A stretch of DNA of 64,000 nucleotides from an uncultured Thermococci archaeon (GCA_964595645.1 CAZQQT010000003.1:96001-160000); one strand, 5' to 3'. Positions 41,495 to 52,309 are shown, numbered from the stretch's first letter. Numbers and translations are program-made. The notes: generated by a model not told the origin, from the letters alone.

Positions 41495-42166
41495 TCACCT
41501 TTCTTCCTTCAAAAAATTTGTAATTTTTTCTGTCAATCCAGATTTGTGACTCTCGGCACTAATAATCCTTATTGCTTCGAGAACACGATCCGCTTTTTCA
41601 CCCTTTACCCAGATTCTTCCGTTTTGTCCCACTTGAATTCTACAGTTGGTGTATTTTTTCATGACCGATATCATCGATCCTTTTCTTCCGATTACTCGTG
41701 GAACCTTCGCGGAGGGAATTGTTATCAGTCTTCCCCCATGAAGTTTTCCGTACCTTCGAGGTTTCGCGTACAGACGAACCGATTCTGAGGTATCATCTAC
41801 TTTTGCGTATACTGCATCTCCTACTGAGAATATATCCTCTATTTCGGCGTTGCGGTCAGAGGTGGTATCTCTTACATCCAAAATTCCTTTATACGCAGAA
41901 TTAATATCCAATATAGCCTTTCTAAATGCGAGTTCTTCTACTACACCTACTATCGTATCATTCTTTTGGGGGATATAATATTTCCGTTCCAACGGGACTA
42001 CTTTTACATACTTATTTTTTGAATTTACGTATGTAATTCCCACGACGGTGGCGTAGATGTTTTCACCATCTTTTTCAGCTCCCTCTCGAGGACGAAAATC
42101 TCCTGTTGCAACAAGCTCTCCTGGTACAACGATCTCTTTGTTCTCTACATGAATCATTCTGATCAC
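41495..42166 (-). CDS. rrp4: Exosome RNA-binding subunit Rrp4
   Basis: VVPGE, S1 domain, KH motif [19 protein letters not shown]. Confidence 0.93.
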   Translation of the reverse strand: MIRMIHVENKEIVVPGELVATGDFRPREGAEKDGENIYATVVGITYVNSKNKYVKVVPLERKYYIPQKNDTIVGVVEELAFRKAILDINSAYKGILDVRDTTSDRNAEIEDIFSVGDAVYAKVDDTSESVRLYAKPRRYGKLHGGRLITIPSAKVPRVIGRKGSMISVMKKYTNCRIQVGQNGRIWVKGEKADRVLEAIRIISAESHKSGLTEKITNFLKEER

Positions 42167-42855
42167 TTCCTTTTCATGAGCTTTGTTTCTGCCTCTCCTT
42201 TGGTCAGCGAGTTCACATCATTATATAGCTCTTCCTGCGATCCCGCCGAAATCGAAATGAGCATGTATAGACTTCCATTGTTTCTCCATTTCTCGTCTAT
42301 CACGTCGTAGCGTTCCTTCAATATGCCGTATACCTTTGGAGCGTACTGTGCGGGTATTCCTACAGCTATCTCTCTCTCCTCGAATTTTATTGGGATAATT
42401 GGGCGTATTTCCTTTAGTATTTCCTTCACCTGTTTTTCTGCAGATTTCGAGGGGTCGATGTGTATATTTGCTTTTTTCAACGCATTTTCTATTCGTTTTG
42501 GAGGGTGGGGACGGCCTGTTCGTGGATCTATCCCCTGGGAAAGGCGTGAAATTACGTCCTTTCTTTTATCTTCGCGCATCTTTTTTCTTTGTTCCGCTGT
42601 GTATAATAGCTCTCCTTTTTTCACGATCTTTTTAGCCACTTCATTGACTTCCGTTGTACTAAAAATGTTTTGCAAAAGATCCTGTGGTGCCTTTTTTGCC
42701 TTTTCAGCATCGGTGAAAATGTAGTTTGTAACCAAAAAATTTTCGTATTCTTCGCCCTTCTTAAATTTTAGAGCTTCATCGGGGTCTACAAGTATTTCAA
42801 ATCGTTCCCCATGTGTTTTCAACCGCGCAACAGTTGCTTCATCTATACTAACCAT
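42163..42855 (-). CDS. Ribosome maturation protein SBDS/Sdo1
   Basis: ARLKTHGERFEILV and DPRTGRPHPPKRIE motifs. Confidence 0.93.
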   Translation of the reverse strand: MVSIDEATVARLKTHGERFEILVDPDEALKFKKGEEYENFLVTNYIFTDAEKAKKAPQDLLQNIFSTTEVNEVAKKIVKKGELLYTAEQRKKMREDKRKDVISRLSQGIDPRTGRPHPPKRIENALKKANIHIDPSKSAEKQVKEILKEIRPIIPIKFEEREIAVGIPAQYAPKVYGILKERYDVIDEKWRNNGSLYMLISISAGSQEELYNDVNSLTKGEAETKLMKRK

Positions 42856-42953
42856 CTTGTCTCACTTCCTTTTCAATTCTCTTGGATGACTCGGGCACAT
42901 ATTCGTGAGATATGTTTTGGAGGGTGGTACTTCAGTATAGTCTTCCCTCCCGT

Positions 42954-43292
42954 TCAAATAGTATACATCTCTCTCCATTTGTCCAATCCATTCATCGTGC
43001 CTGAGACGCCTAATACGAGTATTCCTTTGTTTTCATGTCGTACTAACGAAAGAGCACATATTACTTCATCTACATTCTTGGTATTACATTTCACAATACC
43101 AGTTCTTTCTTTTTCGTCAATATCAAGTACCCATAAACTCACAGTTGCAGTTCCGAGTTCGCCCAGAAACTCCAACACCGAGTTCCATATCATCCTAATG
43201 ATATCCTTCCTTTTAAAGGTATCTCTCCACAGGGGTTTAAAGAGAATGTACCGTTTTTTCTCCTTGAAACTCTTTTTGTTTTTTAATCTCAT
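42954..43292 (-). CDS. rnp2: RNase P protein component 2 (Pop5)
   Basis: KEKKRYI, FLGELG and VSGT motifs. Confidence 0.85.
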   Translation of the reverse strand: MRLKNKKSFKEKKRYILFKPLWRDTFKRKDIIRMIWNSVLEFLGELGTATVSLWVLDIDEKERTGIVKCNTKNVDEVICALSLVRHENKGILVLGVSGTMNGLDKWREMYTI

Positions 43293-43852
43293 TTTTTTTC
43301 CTTCTGAAGAATCATTTTTGGGATATCGTAGATCGCAGCCTTTGACTCGTAGTATTCTAGGCCGAGGACCTTCCCAAAGGCCACCAACGTCCGTGGGGAT
43401 TTTACAGTGTACTCATCCAGCGATCCAGAGGTGATTACCAGAGGGGTGTGGCACATTTTCGCGATTCGTATAGTATCTCTTAATTTCTGCATATGTCTCG
43501 CTCTTCTATATCCATGTCTTCGGACTATCTCTTCTACGTTGATCTCAAATGCGATATTATTCTCTGCTGCCTCCCTCGCTGTGATATTATCGATGGGATA
43601 CGGTTCACTAAGTACGTTCACTTTTTTTTGTCGCACTATATATTTGTTACGTTTTATATTCCCCCCTTTCACAAAAATAAGTGCTGAATTATTTATTTTT
43701 CTTACAGTATCTCTAATATCGGATGATTTTTTTAGACAGACTTCAACAGCCTTTTCGTTTGTAGGAGAAATGATTTGTTTTGGTGTGTACACTTCCTCGT
43801 ACATTTCGTTAGGATAGCCTCGAAGGTCAATCGCCAAGTATCTCTTTGACAT
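43289..43852 (-). CDS. rnp3: RNase P protein component 3 (Rpp30)
   Basis: AAENNIAFEIN, VITSG and SPR motifs; superoperon position. Confidence 0.8.
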   Translation of the reverse strand: MSKRYLAIDLRGYPNEMYEEVYTPKQIISPTNEKAVEVCLKKSSDIRDTVRKINNSALIFVKGGNIKRNKYIVRQKKVNVLSEPYPIDNITAREAAENNIAFEINVEEIVRRHGYRRARHMQKLRDTIRIAKMCHTPLVITSGSLDEYTVKSPRTLVAFGKVLGLEYYESKAAIYDIPKMILQKEKK

Positions 43853-44231
43853 TCTTGATCACTTTTTTCCTTTTCAACGGGTACGTGACAATTTTTATGG
43901 TGATATGTACATCTCCTTCACTGTCCACCACGTACTCTCCGGCGTACAATCGCTGCTTATTGATCCTCAGATGAAATCTGCCCTTCTCGTCAACTCTCTC
44001 TTCAATGGATTCTAATGTATTCCTCTCTATTCTATCGAACAATGATAAAAAATTTTCTATGGCCCCATCGTCTTCGATATGCGCTTTGTACATTTTAATG
44101 GGATTCCCATAGTGGCCTTCAAGTTTCTTCTCCTCAAACTCCAAATCCGGAAGGCACGCTAAGGCATCTAACACTTTTTCATCGTCTTCAGTAGCGTGAG
44201 AAAAACTCTCTACCTCAATCCACTCGATCAT
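43827..44231 (-). CDS. Predicted RNA-binding protein (COG1325/DUF54)
   Basis: HATED, EGHYGNPI and LRINKQ motifs. Confidence 0.85.
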   Translation of the reverse strand: MIEWIEVESFSHATEDDEKVLDALACLPDLEFEEKKLEGHYGNPIKMYKAHIEDDGAIENFLSLFDRIERNTLESIEERVDEKGRFHLRINKQRLYAGEYVVDSEGDVHITIKIVTYPLKRKKVIKNVKEILGD

Positions 44232-44233
44232 CT

Positions 44234-44815
44234 CTACTTTCCTCTATTCTTTTTCGCAGAGAGACTTGGTCGTACCTTTTCTGCGCCCTTTCCTTTGTTT
44301 CGGAGACCTCGAGCTTTTTTTCCTGCCGAGGTAAGTCCTCTGTGCACTCTTCCCTTATGCTGCTTCTCACAGATCCAGTTAATTCTTGGATCGTTCTTTA
44401 TCTGGGGATGGTGCGGATCGACTAGAATGACTTCGAAATACTTGTGTTTTCCTGTCTTCCCCACCCAGTATGAGTTTAATACCTCTAAGTTTGGATATCG
44501 TTTTGCTGTTCTTTCTTCTGCAATTTCCTGAAGATTTTTTCTAGCTGTGATGCGGGTAACACCCATCCTCTTGGGTCTTCTCCCCGCTTTGAACCGTGAT
44601 TTTTTTCTTCCGCCTTTCTTAATTCGTGCTCGTACAATCACGTATCCCTTCTTCGCTTTGTAGCCCAGTTGGCGTGCCTTATCGATCCTTGTCGGCCGCT
44701 CTACTCTCACAAATGATCCTTCCTTGTTCCAGCGGGTCAGTCTCTCCTTATATATCTTCCTTATATGTTTTTCTGGATCTTTCCATGCTTTACGAACATA
44801 CTTATAAAAATTCAT
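44234..44815 (-). CDS. rpl15e: 50S ribosomal protein L15e
   Basis: [31 protein letters not shown] and RGLTSAG motifs. Confidence 0.96.
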   Translation of the reverse strand: MNFYKYVRKAWKDPEKHIRKIYKERLTRWNKEGSFVRVERPTRIDKARQLGYKAKKGYVIVRARIKKGGRKKSRFKAGRRPKRMGVTRITARKNLQEIAEERTAKRYPNLEVLNSYWVGKTGKHKYFEVILVDPHHPQIKNDPRINWICEKQHKGRVHRGLTSAGKKARGLRNKGKGAEKVRPSLSAKKNRGK

Positions 44816-44920
44816 GAGTATCTCCTCCTTGTAACGATCACAACAGCCGGGTTGTGATCTTACTACACAACCTACTTGTATAGTTATTCAGCATACGCTA
44901 CATCTTGCGGAGTTCTGATC
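44816..44920 (-). ncRNA. Structured 5' leader of rpl15e (eL15 leader candidate)
   Basis: About 100-nt UTR with hairpins GATCACAAC/GTTGTGATC and CTATACAA/TTGTGTAG just before SD GGAGG. Confidence 0.55.
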
Positions 44921-45052
44921 AGTGTATCACAGAAGCTTTTTAAAGGTTTTGGTGTGTACTTAAATACTACTAATGAAAAGGATATATAACGAATGAAATT
45001 AATTAGAATTCTTTTTTTTCATTAAGAATTAGAAATAGTTCATAAGTTTATC

Positions 45053-46990
45053 TCACAAACTAAAAAATACGTCCAGCGTCCTCCGTAGATTCCCCTCTTT
45101 ATCTCTGAGCACTCTCAGTCGTTCCTTCATCCATCGAGAGAGATTTCTCTTTACAAAAGGTTGAGCGACTCTGTAATCGAGGAAAACGATGGATGCTCTA
45201 TCCTCCAACAGTCGGTGTGCTCTTCCCGCGGCCTGATTGAGCTTTCTGTGAGCGGGAAGGTAATACCCATAGTATTTTCCCCTTCCTGGAAATACTCCTG
45301 CATAATACTGTATCTGCGCCTTCACACGGGCTGTGGGACGGGCATAGGGCACGCCAACAAGCACGACGGTATTCATTTCGTCTCCAGGGTAGTCCTCGCC
45401 CTCAGCGTTTCTCCCGCCCATCACCCCAAGAAGTACGGCTCCTCCTTTATCAGCATGTGCTTTGAACTCTCGAACGAGGACATCGTTTTCACTCGATCGG
45501 GAGCCCCTATCCTCAACAAAAAGAGGTTTCTCGATCACCTGCTGCAGACCAGCAGATAGAATCCCCTCCAAGACGTTATATGACACGGTGAACACCCCCA
45601 CATTTTTTGGTACGGCATCCGCTACCTCCAGTATTCTTTTTACGTACTTTCGGTACATCTCTTGATCTCTGTATGGGCCCTTTGTCGTTACTCCCTTTGC
45701 TATGAGTGTGAGAATATTCGATCGCTTGAATGGTGAGCTGAAGACCTTCGATTCATAGTTTTTTAACCCAATTACATCACAGAATGCGTCTAACGGTGTT
45801 AAAGTACCGGACATACATATTACAGAATACGCAGCCGAAAACACCTGGTTTGTGATATTTCGGGGATCGAGATCGAGGATATTTAGTCGTAGCGAGGATG
45901 CTCCCCCGCGCGTGGTGTAACGTTCTATCAGGTAGCAGTAGTCGTCCCTCTCCCTTACCTTTATCCAGTTAGAGACGAACACACCTGCGCTGTGAATGAA
46001 GGATCGGGGCGGCTTCCCCTGGTTGAGTTTATCCTTCTGTATCTCTCCTCCGCGCTTGATCAGATACTGTGAAAAATCGTCGATTGCCTTCTCTGTGGAA
46101 ACATCCACAAACTGCGATCGCCTTCCGGTAAGTCGAGAGATGAGATCCTGGTAGGTGAGCAGTGTCTCATCTTCAAGTTGAATATCGTCCGGAAGAGAGA
46201 GGATCACCTCGTACAGTGTTTCTAGAAATGCGAGTATCTCATCCTCTTCGTAATCCGTCGCCTCATTAATACCTGCTTTTAATGACGGCAACGAGAGTCT
46301 ATCTGTACCGAGATCTGCCGCCATTTCAGGTAAATTGTGGGCTTCATCCAGTACCACGATAATATCGTCCAGCTGGCAACCTATCGTCTCCAGAAAGTTA
46401 TCCCGGATACCTGGATGGAACAGATAGTAATACGAGCAAGAAATAAGATCCGCTTCTCTCAGGATCTCCTTTGTGACCTCATATGGGCACAGCATATCAT
46501 CCCTGCATACCTCCTTCACCTCGAGGGAGTTCATGGCTTTCTTTGAAAATCGTAACGCCAGCTCAAAAATAAGATCTTCTTTCTCTGCTAAATTGGTAAA
46601 GAATTTACATTTTTCTTCTTTTTTTAGTAGACGACAGACGTAGAGTGCTGATGCCATATCACCAGAGAAATCTGTTACCAATGGGTTCAAACACATCTCT
46701 TTCCTCCCACGGAGTGACATCCCAGATACTGGCCAATTCTTTCCTATCTCCTTCAGTTCTTCAATGACACGATCCATCTGTTTGTGTGTTCTACAACAGT
46801 ATACGATCTTCTTCGCCTGTTCATCTGCTATCGGGAGGATAGATGCAAGCACACCAGGAGTTTTTCCAAATCCTGTCGCAGCTTCTATCGCCACGTTTTT
46901 TCCCATTTTTACGTTTTTGTATATCATTCTCATGAACTCTTCTTGGCCTTTTCTAAAGGTGGGATAGGGAAAGTACTCCTCGGGCTCCAT
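45053..46990 (-). CDS. xpd: XPD/Rad3-family Fe-S DNA helicase
   Basis: Q motif RKGQ, ATGFGKT, four Fe-S Cys, DEAHN, SGT, EGEDY and QAAGR motifs. Confidence 0.92.
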   Translation of the reverse strand: MEPEEYFPYPTFRKGQEEFMRMIYKNVKMGKNVAIEAATGFGKTPGVLASILPIADEQAKKIVYCCRTHKQMDRVIEELKEIGKNWPVSGMSLRGRKEMCLNPLVTDFSGDMASALYVCRLLKKEEKCKFFTNLAEKEDLIFELALRFSKKAMNSLEVKEVCRDDMLCPYEVTKEILREADLISCSYYYLFHPGIRDNFLETIGCQLDDIIVVLDEAHNLPEMAADLGTDRLSLPSLKAGINEATDYEEDEILAFLETLYEVILSLPDDIQLEDETLLTYQDLISRLTGRRSQFVDVSTEKAIDDFSQYLIKRGGEIQKDKLNQGKPPRSFIHSAGVFVSNWIKVRERDDYCYLIERYTTRGGASSLRLNILDLDPRNITNQVFSAAYSVICMSGTLTPLDAFCDVIGLKNYESKVFSSPFKRSNILTLIAKGVTTKGPYRDQEMYRKYVKRILEVADAVPKNVGVFTVSYNVLEGILSAGLQQVIEKPLFVEDRGSRSSENDVLVREFKAHADKGGAVLLGVMGGRNAEGEDYPGDEMNTVVLVGVPYARPTARVKAQIQYYAGVFPGRGKYYGYYLPAHRKLNQAAGRAHRLLEDRASIVFLDYRVAQPFVKRNLSRWMKERLRVLRDKEGNLRRTLDVFFSL

Positions 46991-47041
46991 ACGGAGAATT
47001 AACCATATACATTAATAAACTCTCCTCTCATAGATCATGCC

Positions 47042-48007
47042 ATGAAAAAGCTCGCGGTAATTACCTTCATTTTGATGGCTGGTCTGGTGGTCGGCACAGT
47101 GAGAGCAGACACGTATGATGCCATTGTAGTGAGAAGCAGCAGTGATGTGATAATAGATCAGGTGATCGCTGAGACTTACTCTCACAAAGCCGGTGTCCCC
47201 GTAATCCTTACGGAGCCTGAAACGCTGAGCACCACAGCACGGCGAGCTCTTGAAGGACTCAAGGCGCAGGATGCAGAGAGAATTCTAGTTATCGGGGGAT
47301 CTCAGGCTGTATCAGATACCGTAGAGAGTGAGATACGGAGTATGGGGTATGATGTTGATAGAAAATGGGGCACAGATAGAAATGTCACGGCTGCAATTGT
47401 TGCCATCGATCTCTGGAAATCTGCCGAAAATATCATTCTGATTAATGGTAGCGTGCCTGAGAGTTTTTTAATCGCGCTGGAAACATCATACAAACTTAAA
47501 GCACCAATTCTCCTTTTAGAAGAAAATGAAATTCCTGAAGCTACTCTAGAAGCTATTGATCAGCTCAATCCAAAAATTATATACGTAGTAGGCCCAAAAA
47601 TACCCGATATCTCAACGCTTCCCGGAGAAAAAAGGTACGTGGGGACAGATATTGAAGCAAAAGAAATCCCAGAACAGGGGGAAGAAATGAGTTTCGATCT
47701 TTTATCCCTTCTGATAGGGTCTGTAATTGGTGGCATAATAATATTTTTAGTCTACAGAGTATACAAAAGGAGAATCAGCGTGGAAGTACCGCTATTCGTT
47801 CTTACCGAAGATGAACGGAAGATTATAGATGCGATAAAAACTGCAGACGATGAAATGAAACAGGAGGATCTCCCAGAGAAAACGGGATTCTCACGACCCA
47901 AAGTAACAAAAATTATCCAAGATCTGGAAAATAAAAAGATAATCTCCAGAGCGAAGTATGGAAAAACTTATAAAGTAACGCTTGAGAAAAAATTTGTTAA
48001 AACATAA
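47042..48007 (+). CDS. Signal peptide + cell-wall-binding-2-like domain + TM + winged-helix protein
   Basis: PVILT, VIGGSQAVS, WGTDRNVT and PILL repeats; TM helix; QEDL...TGFSRPKVTKII..LE.KKII.R..YG wHTH. Confidence 0.8.
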   Translation: MKKLAVITFILMAGLVVGTVRADTYDAIVVRSSSDVIIDQVIAETYSHKAGVPVILTEPETLSTTARRALEGLKAQDAERILVIGGSQAVSDTVESEIRSMGYDVDRKWGTDRNVTAAIVAIDLWKSAENIILINGSVPESFLIALETSYKLKAPILLLEENEIPEATLEAIDQLNPKIIYVVGPKIPDISTLPGEKRYVGTDIEAKEIPEQGEEMSFDLLSLLIGSVIGGIIIFLVYRVYKRRISVEVPLFVLTEDERKIIDAIKTADDEMKQEDLPEKTGFSRPKVTKIIQDLENKKIISRAKYGKTYKVTLEKKFVKT

Positions 48008-48019
48008 AAGGTGAATCGA

Positions 48020-48172
48020 ATGAAATGTACATCATGTCATCGGGAGATAGCCCCGGATGAAAAAAGTGTAAAGTTTCCATGTCCTACATGTGATAGAATC
48101 ATCGTGAGATGTGAGAAATGCAGAGTGCTAGCGAATCCCTATAAATGCGAATGTGGATTTGAGGGACCGTGA
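48020..48172 (+). CDS. Small Zn-ribbon protein (HVO_2753/DUF1610 family) (not in ORF track)
   Basis: Manual translation MKCTSC...FPCPTC...RCEKCR...[10 protein letters not shown]; conserved position before EF-1beta. Confidence 0.9.
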   Translation: MKCTSCHREIAPDEKSVKFPCPTCDRIIVRCEKCRVLANPYKCECGFEGP

Positions 48173-48176
48173 TACC

Positions 48177-48452
48177 ATGACAGACTATAACGTTGTCGCA
48201 ACACTGCGGGTCACGCCAAAATCACCTGAAGTGGACAAAGACGCATTGAAAAAGGGAATTGAACAGTGTATACCATCTACTATGAAACTCCACAAAATAG
48301 AAGAGGAGCCGATAGCCTTTGGACTAGTGGCCTTCAACGTCTTCGTTCTTCTCAATGAGAACGAGGGTGGAGTTGAAGGTGTAGAAAAGAAAATCAAGGA
48401 GATAAAGGACGTCAGCCAGGCTGATGTGACCGACGCGAGGAAGTTACTTTAA
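48177..48452 (+). CDS. ef1b: Translation elongation factor 1-beta
   Basis: PKSPEVD and EEPIAFGL motifs; start at ATG 48177. Confidence 0.92.
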   Translation: MTDYNVVATLRVTPKSPEVDKDALKKGIEQCIPSTMKLHKIEEEPIAFGLVAFNVFVLLNENEGGVEGVEKKIKEIKDVSQADVTDARKLL

Positions 48453-49157
48453 CTTTTCAATATATTCTCCCACTTTTTCTCCTGTAAGTTTTTTAAATTC
48501 TTTTGTTTTTCTGTCTATTAACGCCATTTCAATGGTGCTTTTATCGATTTCGCCTTCTATAGAAGTCTTCAAAGCTTTCAATGCGAGCATTATTGCTTCA
48601 TCCGTTTTCATATTGTTTTGATACTCTTCTTCAAAAACCTTCATTGCGGTATCTTTTCCTTCACCTATCGCTGTGGCTTTCCATGCCAGGTAAGCACCTG
48701 ATGGCTCCGTAACGAAGAGCTCCGGTTCATCGTTGATTCCTGCTATAATCAGCGAGACTCCAAAGGGTCGTAGTCCGCCGTACTGCGTGTACTGCTGTTT
48801 GAGATCTCCTATCTTTTTTGCCAATGTGGAGGTCATTATCGGTTCTCCATATGACAGTCTGTTTATCTGTGCTTCCAGACGAGCTCTGTCCACCAAGACC
48901 CGTGCATCGCTGATGATCCCTGAAGTTGCCACACCAATATGCTTGTCGACCTTGAATATCTTTTCGAATGATTCCGGCTCAACAAGTTTTGAAGGGATTC
49001 GTTTATCCACAGCTAGGACAATTCCGCCTTTATACTGTAAACCTAGCGCTGTGGCGCCTTTTTTTACAGCTTCGCTTGCATAAGAAACCTGGTATAGACT
49101 TCCATCGGGGCTGAATACTGTGATAGCTCTATCATACCCCATTCCTTTTGGCATCAT
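48444..49157 (-). CDS. psmA: Proteasome alpha subunit
   Basis: YDRAITVFSPDG, YTQYGGLRPFGVS and EPSG motifs. Confidence 0.95.
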   Translation of the reverse strand: MMPKGMGYDRAITVFSPDGSLYQVSYASEAVKKGATALGLQYKGGIVLAVDKRIPSKLVEPESFEKIFKVDKHIGVATSGIISDARVLVDRARLEAQINRLSYGEPIMTSTLAKKIGDLKQQYTQYGGLRPFGVSLIIAGINDEPELFVTEPSGAYLAWKATAIGEGKDTAMKVFEEEYQNNMKTDEAIMLALKALKTSIEGEIDKSTIEMALIDRKTKEFKKLTGEKVGEYIEKLK

Positions 49158-49781
49158 TTATTTCACCTTCTCGAGTATTTTCTCTATGTCTTCTGATGAG
49201 AGTTCATTGTATCCAGATTTATCGAGGACGGCAACAGCGATTCCATCTCCTGTGGCTAAATCCCGCTGAATGGCAGCATTTATTGCACGTATACTAAGTT
49301 CTATTCCTTCTTCGATGGTCATACCTTCCTTAAACCTATCTTCGAGGAGACCGTATGCCACAGTAGATCCAGAACCGGTAGAGATCATATTATCTTTATT
49401 GACCCCCCCCAGAGGATCGACGGAGTATGCTTCGGCCTCGGAATCATAACCACCAATGATGAGCCATGCAATGAGCGGGAAATATCGTTGACCCTGAAGG
49501 ATATTGGATGTTAACTGTGCCAGCGCACTGGTAGAAATTTTTTTTCCGTTTTTCATTTCATATAAATTGGCTTCAGCTTGTAGTATTTTCATGAGGTTTT
49601 GTATATCTCCCACTTGACCAGCGCAGGCAGCTCCTATCCTATCTGTTATTTTGAAGAGCTTTTGCGCATTTTTGTGGGCTATTAGATATCCTGCTGACGC
49701 TCTTTTGTCTGTAGCCAGCACCACTCCTTTATCACATGTAATGGCCACAGTAGTTGTACCTTTCTTGAGTTTTTCTTCCAT
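49158..49781 (-). CDS. psmB: Proteasome beta subunit
   Basis: Propeptide then G/TTT; DKRA, TGSGS and RDLATGD motifs. Confidence 0.95.
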   Translation of the reverse strand: MEEKLKKGTTTVAITCDKGVVLATDKRASAGYLIAHKNAQKLFKITDRIGAACAGQVGDIQNLMKILQAEANLYEMKNGKKISTSALAQLTSNILQGQRYFPLIAWLIIGGYDSEAEAYSVDPLGGVNKDNMISTGSGSTVAYGLLEDRFKEGMTIEEGIELSIRAINAAIQRDLATGDGIAVAVLDKSGYNELSSEDIEKILEKVK

Positions 49782-49830
49782 TTTTTCACCTATGTTGTAT
49801 AAAAAAGAAAAAATATTTAGATTTTATGTA

Positions 49831-51498
49831 TTACATTGCTCCCGGTGGCATTCCGCCTGGTGCTCCACCTGGGCCTCCTGGTCCACCAGGTGCTCCACCC
49901 GGTGCTCCAGCGCCGCCTTTAAGCTCACTTGCAGCGATTACATCATCGATCCGCAGGATCATGATAGCCGCTTCGGAGGAGGACTTCACAGCCTGAGATT
50001 TGATTCTCAGAGGCTCGACGACACCGTTTTTCATTACATCTTCCGCTTCACCATCAAAGATGTTAAGTCCCATGTTGTTGCCATCCTTTTCATGGGAGGA
50101 TCGCAGTTTCACGAGTATGTCGATCGGATCCATTCCTGCATTCTCTGCGAGTGTTCGCGGAATAATGTCCATGGCTTCGGCGAAGGCCTTTATTGCAAGT
50201 TGTTCTCTGCCACCTACCTTGCTAGCGAAATCTGAAAGTCGTTTTCCGAGTTCTATCTCTGCAGCACCGCCACCTGCAACAATTCTACCGTCTTTAATGA
50301 TTGTAGCGACGACACCTATTGCATCTTCCAGCGCTCTCTCTACAGAGTCCACAAAATGCTCTGTACCTCCTCTCAAGAGGAGAGAGACAGCCTTTGGATG
50401 TTTACAGTCCTCAATAAATGTCATTTTGTCCTTACCTACTCTTTTCTCTTCAACAAGGCCCGCCTTGCCGAGGTCATCTTTGGACAGATCTTCTATTTTG
50501 GTCACTATCTTTCCGCCTGTTGCCTTTGACAATCTCTTCATATCAGACTTTTTGACTCGTCGGATCGCGAAGATTCCCTTCTGGGCCAAGTAATGCTGAG
50601 CCAGATCATCAATTCCTTTCTGGCAGAAGATTACATTTATGCCCTTTGATTCTATGTCTTCTACCATTTTCTTAAGGCTTTTTTCCTCTTCATCGATGAA
50701 CGCCTGCATCTGATCCGGCGAGGTAATTCGTATTTCTGCGTCTGTTTCGGTCTTGTGTACTTCCATGGAGGAGTTCAGGAGTGCTATCTTTGCATTCTTT
50801 ATTTTCCGCGGCATTCCTGAGTGAACTCTTTCCTTGTCAACGAGAATACCTTGGATAAGTGCGGAGTCTTCTACACTGCCTCCTTCTTTTTTCTCTACCT
50901 TAATATTGTCTGTGTTGACAAAGTAGGTATCGTTTTCCTTCTCGGCTATCTGTTTCACAGCTTGAACGGCCAGTTTTGTCAGTGTGCCCTTTGCCTTCTC
51001 GGCACCTTTTCCAGTCATCGCTGTTTCAGCAGCCTGCATCAGGACTTCCTCGTTGTTGGGATCCACCGTGGTAGCCATCTCCTCTAAAATCTCTTCCGCC
51101 TTCTCGGCAGCAGTCTTGTATCCGGATGTGATAATCGTAGGGTGGACGTTCTGGTCCAACAGTGACTGTGCATTTTTCAGTAGTTCACCTGCCAATACTA
51201 CAGCTGTTGTTGTACCATCTCCAATTTCATCATCCTGCGTCTTTGCGACTTCAACTATCATTTTGGCGGCGGGATGTGCAATATCCATCTCATCGAGAAT
51301 TGTTGCACCGTCGTTGGTAATGACAACGTCCCCCAACGAGTCCACGAGCATTTTATCCATTCCCCGTGGCCCAAGAGTAGTTTTCACTGTTTCTGCAACA
51401 ATTCTACCAGCCAATATGTTCATTCTTTGAGCATCTCTTCCCAGAAATCTCTGGGTGTCCTCATCAGTTACCTGCATGGGTTGTTTCATTTTTGCCAT
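49831..51498 (-). CDS. ths: Thermosome (group II chaperonin) subunit
   Basis: [23 protein letters not shown] and LRIDD motifs; Gly/Pro-rich tail. Confidence 0.96.
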   Translation of the reverse strand: MAKMKQPMQVTDEDTQRFLGRDAQRMNILAGRIVAETVKTTLGPRGMDKMLVDSLGDVVITNDGATILDEMDIAHPAAKMIVEVAKTQDDEIGDGTTTAVVLAGELLKNAQSLLDQNVHPTIITSGYKTAAEKAEEILEEMATTVDPNNEEVLMQAAETAMTGKGAEKAKGTLTKLAVQAVKQIAEKENDTYFVNTDNIKVEKKEGGSVEDSALIQGILVDKERVHSGMPRKIKNAKIALLNSSMEVHKTETDAEIRITSPDQMQAFIDEEEKSLKKMVEDIESKGINVIFCQKGIDDLAQHYLAQKGIFAIRRVKKSDMKRLSKATGGKIVTKIEDLSKDDLGKAGLVEEKRVGKDKMTFIEDCKHPKAVSLLLRGGTEHFVDSVERALEDAIGVVATIIKDGRIVAGGGAAEIELGKRLSDFASKVGGREQLAIKAFAEAMDIIPRTLAENAGMDPIDILVKLRSSHEKDGNNMGLNIFDGEAEDVMKNGVVEPLRIKSQAVKSSSEAAIMILRIDDVIAASELKGGAGAPGGAPGGPGGPGGAPGGMPPGAM

Positions 51499-51610
51499 AT
51501 AAACACCTCATAAGTCTTGTAATAAAAAGTGGATTAGTAGTGATATAAAAAGCTTTGGGTAAAATTTTTTGTAAACATTTCTGAAAGGAGAAAGATGTTA
51601 ATAACCCTAT

Positions 51611-52309
51611 TTATATATAAGTAAGATCCTTTGTGAAGTAGAGGTAATCTTTTCCTTTAAATCGTATTACACCCTTACAGACATAATGTTGATCCATAAG
51701 TCGCCGTATCTCTGCCGGCGCATCTGGATTTGCCAGCATTCTGTTATCGGATAAAGCATCTTTTTTTTCACTTTTTATATAGAACCTCTTCTCCTTTCCT
51801 CTTCTAAACGTCATTCTATCTAAATCGAGATCTAACAGTAAGCGATGCTTACCTTTCCCTTCTTCATTGAGTAAGAAAGTTCTACCATTGAATCCATAAT
51901 GGTTGCAGAGGATCTGTATTGCGGCGAGGTTTTGGGGTTCAACCTTTGTTTTAATCCTCGAGAACTTCTCTTGTTTTAGTATTTTTAAGAGCTCACCTAT
52001 CAATTCATTGCCGTATTCTTTATCCTGTTTTCCTTCTTTTATTAGAAATCTCATTAGATAAACGTTTTTCTCGTCTGCCCACTCTCTCATGCAGTATGCA
52101 GTACCTATAAGCTCATTCTTTTCTTTGAGAGTATATATTTTCCCGTATCGTAAGAGAACTCTCAAAATCCACGGAGATAAAGCTTTTTCTCCGAAGATCT
52201 CAGTGTCTATTTTTATAAGTTCATCCAGTTCTGCCTGAGTCGCTTCCTCTACAATAGTCAACCTTTTTTCCTCCTTGCATATTGTACTACTATAGTAAGT
52301 TACAAACAT
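51611..52309 (-). CDS. GNAT-family acetyltransferase with extra C-terminal domain
   Basis: GNAT-like QDKEYG and V.PQN.AA...YGF; true start is probably TTG 52261 after GGAGG. Confidence 0.75.
   Translation of the reverse strand: MFVTYYSSTICKEEKRLTIVEEATQAELDELIKIDTEIFGEKALSPWILRVLLRYGKIYTLKEKNELIGTAYCMREWADEKNVYLMRFLIKEGKQDKEYGNELIGELLKILKQEKFSRIKTKVEPQNLAAIQILCNHYGFNGRTFLLNEEGKGKHRLLLDLDLDRMTFRRGKEKRFYIKSEKKDALSDNRMLANPDAPAEIRRLMDQHYVCKGVIRFKGKDYLYFTKDLTYI

Noticed and set aside
42861-42978. 38-codon minus-strand ORF between pop5 and SBDS
   Set aside because: No recognisable motif or psmA similarity; insufficient support
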